64,000 nucleotides of DNA. It comes from Octopus vulgaris. Lineage: Eukaryota. A program made the translations under genes and the position numbers. Positions 51,922 through 64,000 of this stretch are shown here, piece after piece (position 1 is the first letter of the stretch; each line of letters starts with the position of its first letter). A model generated the notes under the pieces. The model was not told the DNA's origin, made no database searches, and was given only the letters and a program-made list of their open reading frames with translations. The stretch is from positions 72,540,001 through 72,604,000 of the forward strand of contig OX597821.1 of the NCBI GenBank assembly GCA_951406725.2, written 5' to 3'.

Positions 51922-53325
51922 TTTATTAATTTCTGCTCAAAGCTGTGGCCATGCCGGGGCACCGCCGTTTTGCTACACTGTTATTATTGAAAGCCTCCTA
52001 TGATACGTGGCATTTGGTGAATAAGTTTGATGTCGCTATCCTTATTTGTGCCTCCTGAGTTGAAGTAGGTTCATCTGGGACTCTTGAAAGGAACAGATCC
52101 AGTTTTGATTTGAAAACAACTACATTCACTTTGTGTAGGTCCCTCAAGCTCTTTAGGAGAATATTAAAAAGCTGAGGGACCCTGAAACCCAGGCTGTTGC
52201 AGTAACTGGTCCTGAAGCATTGCTTGTAGCGCAGGGCTTGGAATTTTCCAGCATTAAACTACATATTATTGCCCCCAGCTCATCTGTAGATTGAGTCCAA
52301 CTCCTGCTGCAGGTGTGCAACATCGCTATGGTTTTGTATTTTCTACGAGACTTTCGTATCGTCTGCGAAGCTAGCAAGGGTGGCTATCCAGGCAGCTGAG
52401 GACATATCTGAGAGGGTCACTATGAAAAGCAATGGTCCCAAGACAGTGCCCCGTGGAACACCTCTCACTATTTGTGTTTTCTTTGAGCTGGCTCCATTGG
52501 CCACCACTGCCTTGGCTTCTATCTTTCAGAAAGTCATGTAACCACTCTCTAAGTTGTCCAGCTATGCCAAGATCACATAGTTTGTGGCATATCATACCAT
52601 GATCCACTTTATCAAAAGCTTTTGCAAAATCAAGGTATATTACGTCAACATTTGAGTTGCTGAGTAACTACCTCAACGCTCAGTCATAGTGCTGTAGGAG
52701 CTGGGTCAGGCAGCTCCTATCTGGTCGAAAGCCATGCTGGGTATCACTCAGCAAGTCATTTTCTTCAAGGAATGCGATTAGTTTCCCTCTGATAATTCGT
52801 TCCATGACTTTGCTAATGTGTGAAGTCAGAGAAATAGGTTTATAATTTTTGGCATCTGCTCTGCTTCCTCCTTTATGAGTTGGACATATTATTCCCTATT
52901 TCAGTTTGCTTGATAGTCTGCCATTTGCAAGAAAACTCTGGAAGAGAATCTGTAGTGGTTTCGCCAGAGCAAGCTTACACGATTTGAGGAGGCTTGCTGG
53001 GAAACCGTCAGGGCCTGCAATTGAGTTTGCGTCCACTTCATCTATGGCTAGTATTATATCTTCTTCACCAATGTCAATGTAATCCATCGTAACTGCCTCG
53101 CTGGTTCTAGGTGAGGCGGCAAAAAAATCCACTAGTTCGCTCACTTGTTTGTGTTCCAACGGGGCCGTAAAGACACTTTTGAACGGGTCATTCAATTCAC
53201 TGATCCTGATTGGATTATCTGTGTGGGAACCATCCTTTTGGAAGAAGGGTCCTATTTTGCAGCGAACTGGGGCTGTTTCTTTGGCATAATGAAAGAAAGT
53301 CTTTCGGTTTGACTTGATATTTTTT
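51922..53325 (-). mobile_element. 5'-truncated CR1-group LINE (RT remnant with internal deletion and 3' tail)
   Basis: AGPDGFP..LLK, KGGSRADAKNYKPISLTS, QHGFRPDRSCLTQLL, VDVIYLDFAKAFDKVDHG, VP(R)GTVLGPLLF; stops and frameshifts. Confidence 0.92.
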
Positions 53326-53869
53326 TTATATATGTAAAGATTTGTATGTTTTGCTTTAAGTATGTATTCTCACGCATATAGTTGGATATCTAGACATGCT
53401 CATATATATTTAAATGATATGTATGTATGTATGTATTTATGTATGTATGTATGTATGTATGTATGTATGTATGTATGTATGTATGTATGGATGGATGGAT
53501 GGATGGATGGATGGATGGATGTATATCTTTAGCTGGGCTAAAAAGTCACATTCGATCACAGCACCGTTAACAGTTAAGCCTCGTGCAATGGCCATACTCG
53601 ATAACGAGGGGCAGCCGTCATGTATGTATGTAGTGAAATTACAACGAAGGGAAAGTATAATACTAAGTAATATGTCAAAGTATAGATTGAAGAGGAAAGA
53701 AGAAACAAACAACAAACAAAAAAAAACCCCAGCAAACTGTTGCAGACGTCAGTTTATAGTGGGTGCATACCAGAAATGGTCAATATCTAGTTTAACACTC
53801 GGCCACCAAAGCAACAAAAACAAAAACAAGTGTAATAGGTGTAAAAAAAAGTGTAGTAACCGAATTTGA

Positions 53870-54800
53870 AAACCAAAATTTGTGCAAACGAACCGGGGGT
53901 GGGGATAGGACTTTCGGAGTTCACACGATCCAATATTTCCCCTCCTAACTTTCAGGAACTGAGAAGACCCATACGATACCAGTGCGTTGCTTTATGTTTT
54001 GAGTTCCCCGCCAGACTAGACGTTGTCTATCATCTTTCGTGTTTCCGAAGAAAATTAGGAGAATATATTCCCATCTTTGAAATATGCTATAGTACTCTCT
54101 TCTATTATCTGAAATGTAACGAACAGCCAAAGACGATAATCTTTTCCAACCGCTGGAATCTTCTATGTCTCTCACTAGTCGACCTTCACCCTTATTAAAT
54201 ATAGTAAGAATAATGTTATTGCGCCCGACTTTAGCAAAGTATTTGACTGCCTAGCACATGAGTTCCCTGCCCGCCTTCGGGTTCCGTCCGTCTGTCGTCG
54301 TTTGGATTGGTGTCTTCCTGTCATAGTACACCATTGCGGTGATGTTTTCTCTTATCCACCCTCTAGTGTGCCTCAAAGTCTATTCCCTACTCTCTGCACT
54401 CTTCTTTACATCAATAACCCACTTACCGTGACCTTCATCAACGCTGACTCCATCGCAAATGATACCATCTTTATTTCCTCCCTAAACGTCACTTTATCAA
54501 CAGAAATCTTGAATACATTTTCCAATGAGTCAGGCCAATCTTCTCTCTTTCAACAGTGCAGACACAATCACTATACATACCAAAAAACATTCCCCTACCG
54601 AAAACAAAAACCTGAATGGTATCCATCTGGAGCCCTCAAGGTTGTTAAAATGCTTCGTCTCACCGGGCGGTTATTTTATATACGTATTTGTTTTATCGAA
54701 GGTAGTTAAAACCTACGCCACGCCATTGCAAAGTCTGCATCTGTCCTACCAGCTCATGGTCAGGAAATACTTCATTCTTTAACAGCTACTTACCCTTCTA
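53870..54800 (+). mobile_element. Highly decayed CR1/Jockey-group LINE RT
   Basis: DFSKVFDCLAH (~DFSKAFD.V.H), SSVPQSLFPTL..LLYINN (~SGVPQGS...PTLFLLYIND), IANDT (~FADDT). Confidence 0.65.
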
Positions 54801-56004
54801 CAAGCTGATGTAATATCCAAAAGCATGTAGGTCTATGACCTATCAGTCCTGAAGTTTCTTTCTGTTTGTTTATTTAGGCAGCTCCATAATCTTTCGCCGG
54901 TTTGTCAGGCATGTCGCCGCTTCACCATATTACTCATTTATGCTAGCTGGATGGACAGGAGAAATATGAAATGAAGTGTTTTGCTCGAGAATACAACGCA
55001 TCGCCTCTCCAGCAACCGAAACCACAATCTTACGATTATAAGTTCAACACCCTAACCACTAAACCACACTAGAGTACTGTTCCCATACTTAGGATTGTTC
55101 TTCTGATATATCCATGTCGCTCACCAACGTACTCAATCTTTTGGCTCACAGATATACTATTTCCTTAATCTGCCATGATTAACTTCTGCTCCTCGGAATT
55201 GGTCGGTTTGAAGCCACTTTCATTTATACACTTCCGACCCACTCATCTTTTCTACTCCTTTCGTCACCTATCCTTTCCATTAACCATGTCGTCCAATCCT
55301 TCAAATCCGGAATGTCGACCATCTGGAATTCCCATCCGACACAGTTTTTCCGACAGTTATGGACATTCACTTATGCAAAATCTGAAATGACCCGGAGGAC
55401 TTGCAAAATGGTACAATTTCCCCGGATCTTTTCCCTTTGAATGGCAGATCGAGAAATTATTTTTTTGTAACTAAACACTTTCAAACTTCGGACACTGGCA
55501 GAATGTATCATATAAAACATCTTTTACTTTTAGCGTTTTTGAGAAAAGTTTCTATTTACGAAGTTATTTCGTATTAAAGTTGTCGTATTTCGGTAATTTT
55601 AATCAATGAATGACGTGTATTCAGCTGAATAAAATTACTGCCGCTGTTTGTCAACAACGACTGTCAAAAGGAAAAGATCCCAGAACCTTATTCTCTATTA
55701 ATAAAACAAGATAGCCACTGCTGGAATACATTATTCAAAACTGATAACATTTGACCTAAACTACTGTGTCAGCCATTTTCTCTCTGGGAACCCAAACTGA
55801 TCGCAGCTATTCAACAACAATAACCGATTTAATCAATGCTAAAAAGTATATCATACACATTAGTACCATGTCTTTATGATTTCACTTTATCTAAATGTTA
55901 TTTCAAGGAATGCAGCACAAAACAAATACCCCAAACCTAGTTGTCGGCAGTATAACGACAGCTCAACGACGTTGATTTCTAACTTAGGCACTAGACTATA
56001 TATT

Positions 56005-56046
<42 letters not shown>

Positions 56047-57939
56047 TCGACTCTAGTACTTTACTTTTAATAATTATTGGTTTGTTCTGGAAGGGGAAAT
56101 GGATCGCTCCAAGGGAAAAAAGATCCAGGTTCTGAGATACAGGATTTGAAACATGTAGACTTTAAGACAGTAAAGATGTTATTGACATATATTTGGCTGT
56201 TTTATTGGTCAACGACTGCGTAGACGGCCCGACGTTGATCCGTTAAGAGTTTGGGTCTCGTTGGATCAGACAGTCATTAAGGCAAACAACATGCCACAAA
56301 CTGTTTTAGGACTAAGAAATAATTAGTAAATCGTTGATAAATACATGTTTTGTTTTTAAGCAAAACTTTGTTTGAAATTAGATGATGTACTCTTTTTATT
56401 TCTCGTTGATTACAACACAATATTAGCTTATATGTTTTTAAATAAGCTATTTTGTTTCCTTTCAGAGTTTTTATTTATTCAACAGGTTGTAAATACGAAA
56501 CTAAAATATTTCAAACTTTTGGTGTTAATAAAGTTATCTCCCTTGAATTAGATCCGCCATCTTCAAGAACTTTTCCAAATTGAATTTGATTAAATCTTAA
56601 GGTTTTTATCTATTTAACTGAGAATAGACAATACGGCTACCGAATGTAATCAGTAGCCTTTCAAGTGACGTTATAGAAAAAGGGCAATGTTGTGAAATTA
56701 AAATATTTGGTAGAGAGAGAAAAATCTAGTTGGTCGGTCAGAACTTTTTATTCGAAGGTTTTAATTACAAACTCTTCTTGAAATTTTAATTAACACGAAC
56801 CAACAAGGCAGCCAATGTTTATTTTCAGTTAGATAAGGAGTTTTGAGACAATTTTACTGTTAATTCTACCTGCCAAATTATCTCAAATACCCTCCTACTT
56901 AAAAAGACAATATTACCGAAATGTGAGATGGCCTATGTTGGAACACTCTTTAACCCGAGGTGCGCTCAGTTAAGGCTGACCCGCGGCTAAATATGTCATG
57001 ACAAACTAACATCGATTTTGTTGAAATGAAATCGTAAAAATTAATTCCGAAAGCTTGTTTGGAAAGACAGTTTGAAATATATGACTGAGACAGAACCAGA
57101 CTAAACTGTTTTTGGTTGGTTAGATGTTAACTTGTCTTCTAATTTGTAAAATCAGTTTAGGAAATCACTGGAGTCTGAGAAAAGTGGTAATAGTCTGCAC
57201 GGTGAAAAACCACTTAAAACAAGTTGAATAAATTTGTGTATCATCAAAATTATCTTCTGAAGATTTTGTAAAAAAAACCGTCTTCCTCAATTTCTTTTTA
57301 ACGGTTTTTTTTTCGTTCATCAATGCTACTCTATAAACCGTTCCATTTGGTTGCGATTGTTTATGGAGATATGTATGGGTTGCTGGTTCTAACAAGTTTA
57401 AATTAATAGTGTCAGTTTAATTTGACGTAACATTTCTAAAAATATAATAAATAGCAAGTAAATACACGTCCCATTAATTCATTCGTTTACATTATGTTTG
57501 GCTGAACCGTGAAACAATCTGTCAAAATACATTGTAGTATTTAGCAACAGCCGTTTATATTCCGACTTCAATTTTGCCTCTCAGCTTTCTGAGGTCGATA
57601 AAATAATAGTCAAGTCCTGGGGGCGATTTAATCTATTACACTTTCTCCTAAACTTTGTGTTCTAGCAGTGTTAGAAATCTACAGCATCCCGTTTCGTTTG
57701 CTTAAAATGTAAACCAATTTGCCGCTAAATTTTATAACGGCTACCATAGAAATACTTTTTATTTTCACTCACTGTGTATGCATGTATACACACACTGATG
57801 AACAAAAATAACCACATAAATGTTGTAGAAACACATTTTCGGTATTAAAGATGAGAAATAAGATATTTTGTATAAACAATTTCTAAAGCGCTTATAGTAA
57901 GTTTAAATTAACTTCAATTCAGTTGATATTCATGCTACG

Positions 57940-58131
57940 TTTACTCTTTTACTTGTTTCAGTCATTTGACTGCGGCCATGCTGGAGCACCGCCTTTAGTC
58001 GAGCAAATCGACCCCAGTACTTATTCTTTGTAAGCCTAGTACTTATTCTATCGGTCTCTTTTGCCGAACCACTAAGTTACGGGGACATAAACACACCAAC
58101 ATCAGTTGTCAAGCGATGTTGGGGGGACAAA

Positions 58132-58176
<45 letters not shown>

Positions 58177-58323
58177 GACGGGATTCTTCCAGTTTCCGTC
58201 TACCAAATCCACTCACAAGGCTTTGGTCAGCCCGAGGCTATAGTAGAAGACACTAGCCCAAGGTGCCACGCAGTGGGACTGAACCCGGAACCATGTGGTT
58301 GGTACAGCCACTCCTGCACCTAT
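57940..58323 (-). mobile_element. SINE family A, well-preserved copy
   Basis: Minus-strand head GGTGCAGGAGTGGCTGT..GGTTCCGGGTTCAGTCCCACTGCG; internal (TA)n; tail AAGGCGGTGCTCCAGCATGGCCGCAGTCAAATGACTGAAACAAGTAAAAGAG. Confidence 0.9.
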
Positions 58324-58903
58324 AGTGAAACATCTTCTCGGGTGTTTGAATCGCAGCGGTTAATCTAACATTCAAAGATGCCACTTCAAAAGTTCTCTTT
58401 AGCCTGTTTGAATTACCATTTCTTGACTTTCCTATGTCTATACAGAATAACATTAATATTTTCGTGTCAATACAATTAAATTTGTGGAACGGGTAATAGT
58501 CATTCCCAGTGTGGAAGCCGGCACCTAATAAAATTTAACAGGATCCAACATTGAAAAGCATATTCTTGAACTATTTTCAATTTAAGCAGAAACAAATTTT
58601 CAAAAAAAAAAAAAAAAGAAAAAATCACAAAAATTGAAAGAAAATAATTTTTTATTTATTAAAAGAGGAAAATGTCGCCAGGCAGTTTTACGTAACAAAT
58701 CGGTGACTGTGAAGGAGAGTTTACTATAAATAGTATTCCGGATAGTGAGACCTGTTCTGTTTGCCTCTTTATTGCAACTAACTATCCATAATACTGCAAA
58801 CACAAGCATCGAACTTTGAAGACATAAAACATTACCTAACTTCTAATTTAATATTCAAATTCTTAATTCAAATACAATATTTTGACCTAATGCACATACT
58901 GGA

Positions 58904-59148
58904 GGTACTACTTAAGAAGGGTGAACCCGGTACGCGCACTCGCGCTAGCTAGTCGTGACTAGTCGATCCTACAACGACTAGCTAGCAAAATAAATAAAAC
59001 ACAAAATAAAATAATTTTTTTACACAAAGTAAATAAAACACAAAAACACAATTTTTTAAACAAAGTTAATAAAACAAAAACGCAAAGTAAGGATCGACTA
59101 GTCACGACTAACTAGCGCGCACTGGGACCACTCTTCTTAAGTAGTACC
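58904..59148. mobile_element. Mutator-like (MULE) MITE, copy 2
   Basis: TIRs GGTACTACTTAAGAAG... / ...CTTCTTAAGTAGTACC; 9-bp TSD CATACTGGA (58895-58903, 59149-59157); homologous to 1437-1653. Confidence 0.92.
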
Positions 59149-59580
59149 CATACTGGATACCTAATTATCTAGTGTTATTGTCAAATATATTCTATATCAA
59201 CATAAGTTTGAACAACAAATATAATGTTTCCTTCTTATTTGATTTAAAGTAAAAATCAAGTATCCTTCGTTCTGGCATCTTTAATGCCTTGTTAATTCAC
59301 GAAGCGTCTTTAATATCCGGTATTAGTTTAGTTGAGAGAAAATATTATTGGACACCGTCTAACTGGGAGAGACACTCGAATAGTTACACCGGTAGATCCA
59401 TCATTAATCCTGTTATTAATTAATTGTGAGTTGATAATTTGTTAAACGGTTCTTTGTTTTGGTCTGGATATTTGTATGTAAAACAGTTTTTTGGAATATT
59501 TACGGTTCCCATTATTCCTATGTGTTTATAAATAGTGAATGTTTGACCGTAATTCCACAGAAATTTAAAAGTTGGGCACA

Positions 59581-60450
59581 ATGGATCCTGCCCTGATAAA
59601 AGGACATGCATCGTTCTTGGCCCGAGCCCGCAGCCAACCTATTGTGGAAAAAAGGAAGAATCAACACAAGGATGAAAATAACGAATCACTTGCGAAGAAA
59701 CAAAAATCTTCCAAACCGCCAAAACCGAAACCAATTTCAAACGCCGAAACTTACGACTACAAAACTGCCAAAGGAAGTTCCCAGTATAAGTTTAGTGTTT
59801 TGGCCAAAATAGTTAAACATATGAAAACTCGACATCAAAAAGGCCATGTCCATCCTTTGAATATTGAGGACATACTCGACGAAACTAACCAGTTGGATTT
59901 GGGAAGTAAGCAAAGACACTGGCTTGTAACAGAAGCTTTGATTAATAACCCGAAAATAGAGGTTGTCGATGGAAACACGTATATCTTTAAACCCAAATAT
60001 AATATTCGTAATAAAAAAGGGTTAATGAATCTGTTGAAGAACCAGGACCTTCATGGTCTCGGTGGTGTTCTTGTCGATGACATTGAAGAATCGATTCCAA
60101 ATGCTCCGAAAGTATTCAAAGTGTTAGCTGATCATATTATTTTCGTAGCAAGACCAATTGACAAAAAGAAAATACTCTTCTACAATGACAAATATTGTCA
60201 ATTTAAGATTGATGAAGATTTTCGAAAAATGTGGAGAAGTGTAACTGTGGAAGGTTTGGATGAGCAGAAAATTGAAGAATATCTCGAAAAACAAGGAATA
60301 AGTTTAATGCCAGATGTTGGTGCGAAACGGACTCCAATACAGAAGAGGAAAAAGCTGAATTCTAAAAAGTCGCGGACGTTTAAGAAACATAATGACCATT
60401 TACAAGGGGTTCTTGAAGATTATTCCGACTTGACCAACAAACAGAAATGA
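59581..60450 (+). CDS. GTF2E2: General transcription factor IIE subunit beta, single coding exon, 289 aa
   Basis: MDPAL...QPIVEKR N-terminus; [54 protein letters not shown]...[36 protein letters not shown]; intact ORF. Confidence 0.96.
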   Translation: MDPALIKGHASFLARARSQPIVEKRKNQHKDENNESLAKKQKSSKPPKPKPISNAETYDYKTAKGSSQYKFSVLAKIVKHMKTRHQKGHVHPLNIEDILDETNQLDLGSKQRHWLVTEALINNPKIEVVDGNTYIFKPKYNIRNKKGLMNLLKNQDLHGLGGVLVDDIEESIPNAPKVFKVLADHIIFVARPIDKKKILFYNDKYCQFKIDEDFRKMWRSVTVEGLDEQKIEEYLEKQGISLMPDVGAKRTPIQKRKKLNSKKSRTFKKHNDHLQGVLEDYSDLTNKQK

Positions 60451-61401
60451 AGCCGCGTTGAAGGTTGGGCCACTATGTCGACCGCTTTAATAATATTGCT
60501 TGTAGACAATCTGTAAGATATTTTTATCCTGATATTATTGACATTTCCAATAATCAATGTGTGTTTTCCATTCTTTGAAGGAAACACGAAACATCCATTT
60601 GTAGTAAAGTACTTTTATATGTGGATATACACGTTAGGTTTTGTATTTAATTCAGTTAATGTGTTACCACTTGAAACTTAAAAAAAATTTCTCATATATA
60701 TAAATGAACACCACGCATCCATTTCCAAGTAAGTATATATATATATACATATATACACACACACACACACACCTGATACTGGGAATAACTTCAACATCCA
60801 TACATATTATACAAAATATATTTCTAGTTAAAATGTAGTCATTTAGATATTTTACATAAAATTAATAATTTTGTGATTAAATGTGGTGAAACTATGACCC
60901 ATAACCTTTTTATTCATTGATGTATGGTGTGCGTTTTTATCTTCTTTTAAATTAGTTTTTACTGGTGCATTGCAAAATCTATTTTTGTATTATCTTCATG
61001 ATAAAATCTCTTTACTCTTGTGTTCTTGGTTCAGAATGGTCATCTTATTAATGAGATTAATACAGTTTACACGAAACTTGAACTGTGTGGGAGAGACAAT
61101 AATGATATTTTAAATGAAGAAATTTATTTGCTGCTGGGCTTTATTGATGTGGAATTTTGAATGGAACAAAGAAGGTGAGTACAACTTTGGTGTTCCATTT
61201 TCATTCTATTAGAAGAGTCAAACGATGACAAATCATATTGATGAATAAGGATTAAAGATTTTGGCCATTAAAGGATGATGATGATGAATGAGAGGAATTA
61301 CTGTGTCTTGAAGTGGGAATGCGATTATAGTGATGGGAGACCAGTAGTGTACGAGGAGGAGGAATGGTTATTATAGTAACCATCTAAAAAGGTTATAGTT
61401 T

Positions 61402-61666
61402 CTATATTTAAGAGATGAGGAATTATGTACACTATTTACATTTGACAGATATTTCTCTTCATCTTGTTTGTTGTTAACACAACATTTCGGCTGATATACC
61501 CTCCAGCCTTCCTCAGGTGTCTTAGGGAAATTTCAAACCTGGGTTATCATTCCTAAGGAAATTTCCCCAAGACACCTGATGAAGGCTGGAGGGTGTATCA
61601 GCTGAAACGTTGTGTTAACACCAAACAAGATGAGGACAAATATCCGTCAAATGTAAATAATGTACA
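61402..61666. mobile_element. Fold-back Penelope-type pLTR insertion with hammerhead motifs and an apparent TSD
   Basis: Arms 61426-61535 and 61558-61666 are reverse complements; flanked by the direct repeat GTTATAGTTT (61392-61401, 61669-61678). Confidence 0.85.
61571..61616 (+). ncRNA. Minimal type I hammerhead ribozyme-like motif
   Basis: GACAC-CTGATGA-A-GGCTG-loop-CAGCT-GAAA-CG-TT-GTGTT: stem I GACAC/GTGTT, stem II, palindromic AACGTT. Confidence 0.7.
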
Positions 61667-62256
61667 AAGTTATAGTTTGCATGGAATTGATAGTGAAGGT
61701 CTTATTAGTTCAGTCAATCTTACTGAAATTATTCCATGGAAGAGCAACTGTAGCTGATTAAATTAGCATTACATAATTAACAACTGACCCGTTCCCTTTT
61801 ATGGGAATAACACCTGAAACTCATTCTTGTGATTTTATTTAATGTTTTGCATCCATTTTTGTTATATGCATTTTTTTCCCCCACTACCTCCCTCAATGAG
61901 TGGTCAAAGTATAGCAATTGTGGTCTGAGTCTCTTTTAACCATCAGAAGTTACAGGTGAAGAGCAATACACTGGACAGGGGAGAGAATCCAGTATATCTA
62001 GGCTGTCACCCCCCTCCCTCCTACAATTCACCACTCTGTGTTGCATGATCTTTAGGTGGTATGGTGTATCTGTTACCACGGATCTTTGGATCCTGTTTTC
62101 TTGTTCAACTGTAACATTTCATTTTACTTCAGACAAAATGGAGAAGGGCAAGTAATTAACTGAACGTGGGATTATTCAACACCTAATCTTCACTGTCACT
62201 GTGGCTCCTATTATTCTCTGAATATAAACACAAATACTTCATCCACACTAGTCATT

Positions 62257-62478
62257 ATCATCATCATCGTTTAACGTCCGCTTTCCATGCTAGCATGGGC
62301 TGGTAAACCAGACGGCCGCACTAGGCTCCAATCTTGATCTGGCAGAGTTTCTACAGTTGGATGCCCTTCCTAACACCAACCACTCCGAGAGTGTAGTGGG
62401 TGCTTTTACGTGCCACCAGCACGGAGCCAGTCAGGCGGTACTGGCAATGTCACCGGCACAGGTGCCAGTAAGGTGACG
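62257..62478 (-). mobile_element. RTE-like LINE tail copy
   Basis: (CAT)n plus the tail consensus. Confidence 0.85.
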
Positions 62479-62664
62479 TTAATTCTAATTCTAATTTCAT
62501 GGGAAGAATTTAGGTTGAAATATTTCTTTGTTTTTAAAGATGATTAAGACTTCACTTTTTACTCACTGCAACAACAGGGTATACACCTGTGTCAGTACCC
62601 AGAAATTTGACAGCTCTTACCCACATTACATTTTGAAACACATTGAAAATGGCTGACAATGAAG

Positions 62665-63528
62665 GGTCTGTCTTTCTCAGAGTAAAAGGCAGATTGTATG
62701 ATGCCAGTGTGCGAACAGCTGTGCTGTATAGCAGTGAAACATGGGCTGTGACAGCCAAGGACATGCGTAGGCTTGAAAGAAAAGAAGCCAGTGTGCTTTG
62801 CTGGATGTGCAATGTCAGTGTGCATGTTCAACAGAGTGTAAGCATCTTGAGAGAAAAGTTTGGCATGAGGCATCAGATGTGGTGTGCAAGAAAGAAGACT
62901 GCTCTGGTATGATGATGTGATTGATGTGCATGGTCAAGGACAGCTATGTAAAGAAGTGCTGATCTCTAACTGTGGAGGGAACCTGTGGTAGAAGTAGACC
63001 CAGGAAGACATGGGATGAAGTAGTGAAGCATGATCTTCGCACTTTGAGCCTCACAGAGGCAACGACTAGTGACTGAGACCTTTGGTGATATGCTGTGCTT
63101 GAGAAGACCCAGCAAGCCAATTAAAATTGTAGTCCTGGCTGATGTTGGTGTCATAACTGGCACCCATGCTGGTGGCATGTACAGAGCACTGTGGGAGCAT
63201 TGGGCCTCACAGAGGCAAAGTGGCTGAGTTCCTTTTGAGTGTTGGGCCTCATGGAGGCAATGACCGAGACCTTTGGCATTATGTCATGCTTGAGAAGAAG
63301 ACTCATCAAACTGAGCAAAATTGCAGTTGTGGCAGATACTGGTGTCATGCAAATGGCACATAAAAGCACCCATTACACTCTGAGTGGTTGGCATTAGGAA
63401 GGGCATCCAGCCATGGAAAACCATGCCAAATCAGACTGGAGTCTCGTGCAGCCTTTGAGTTTGCCAGCCCTGATCAAACCGTCCAACCCATGCCAGCATG
63501 GACAATGGATGTTAAATGATGATGATGA
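62665..63528 (+). mobile_element. 5'-truncated RTE-clade LINE (C-terminal coding region, 3' UTR, (GAT)n)
   Basis: LRVKGRLYDASVRTAVLYSSETWAVTAKDMRRLERKEAS..., EGTCGRSRPRKTWDEVVKHDL; paralog of 26732-28255. Confidence 0.9.
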
Positions 63529-64000
63529 AGTGGCTGTATTTCAGTGTTGCAGATATTTTGCACGATTCTCTTATTGTTGCAATGAAAGGTTCTACCATCT
63601 GTTTGTGGTTTGAAGGAGTCTGATTTCTGTTTGGGGTGACCAGCTTCACTCTCACTCTTGACCAGTAGCAAGCAAAAAGTTGTAATGACTGGAAATACCT
63701 CAGCGATGCACTGGCACGACCAGGGTGGCTGAGATACCTCACTGTGCCCTGAGGTAAGTGCTCCATAGTGGCATTGCTGGAAATCGTCTTTCTGCTGGTT
63801 GAAATCTAATCCCTGATTGTCACAGATTGTCTATCACAATTCTAGTCTTCACATACTTATGGTGACAAGGCTCGAAAACTCTACAGCTTCTCTCAAACTG
63901 GTTTAGCAGATTGCCATTGCAGTTGTCCAGGTGTGCAGGCATTTTGTTGTCCAATGAGGGCCAGCAGCCCTGGAAAGGGATTACAAATTCCTCCTTGTCA

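Noticed and set aside
59572-59580. ORF-track start three codons before MDPAL
   Set aside because: The upstream start is a TTG; the conserved TFIIE-beta N-terminus begins at ATG 59581.

Overview
AT-rich, microsatellite- and transposon-dense animal genomic DNA. From memory, the SINE/LINE complement points to a coleoid cephalopod, probably Octopus; this was not verified by search. Two host genes are well supported, both on the + strand. MED26 has three coding exons (2417-2479, 13427-13501, 14299-16029; about 622 aa) and a CpG-rich promoter with two perfect CRE sites. TFIIE-beta/GTF2E2 (59581-60450) has an intron-free coding sequence. The rest is mostly mobile DNA: a complete but decayed mariner, a Tc1/mariner fragment, RTE-, CR1- and R4/Dong-like LINE remnants, Penelope-like remnants, several tRNA-derived SINE families and Mutator-, piggyBac-, Tc1- and Helentron-type MITEs. 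The most interesting signals are four. (1) At least four unrelated sequence families carry minimal hammerhead-ribozyme motifs, three of them as sense/antisense fold-back pairs, with Penelope-type ORF relics nearby. (2) The same 9-bp-TSD Mutator-like MITE sits just upstream of both genes. (3) The TFIIE-beta copy is intronless and diverged at the N-terminus. (4) Long hairpins lie in and just after MED26 and are potential ADAR substrates. Repeat boundaries were read by eye and are approximate unless TSDs are quoted.
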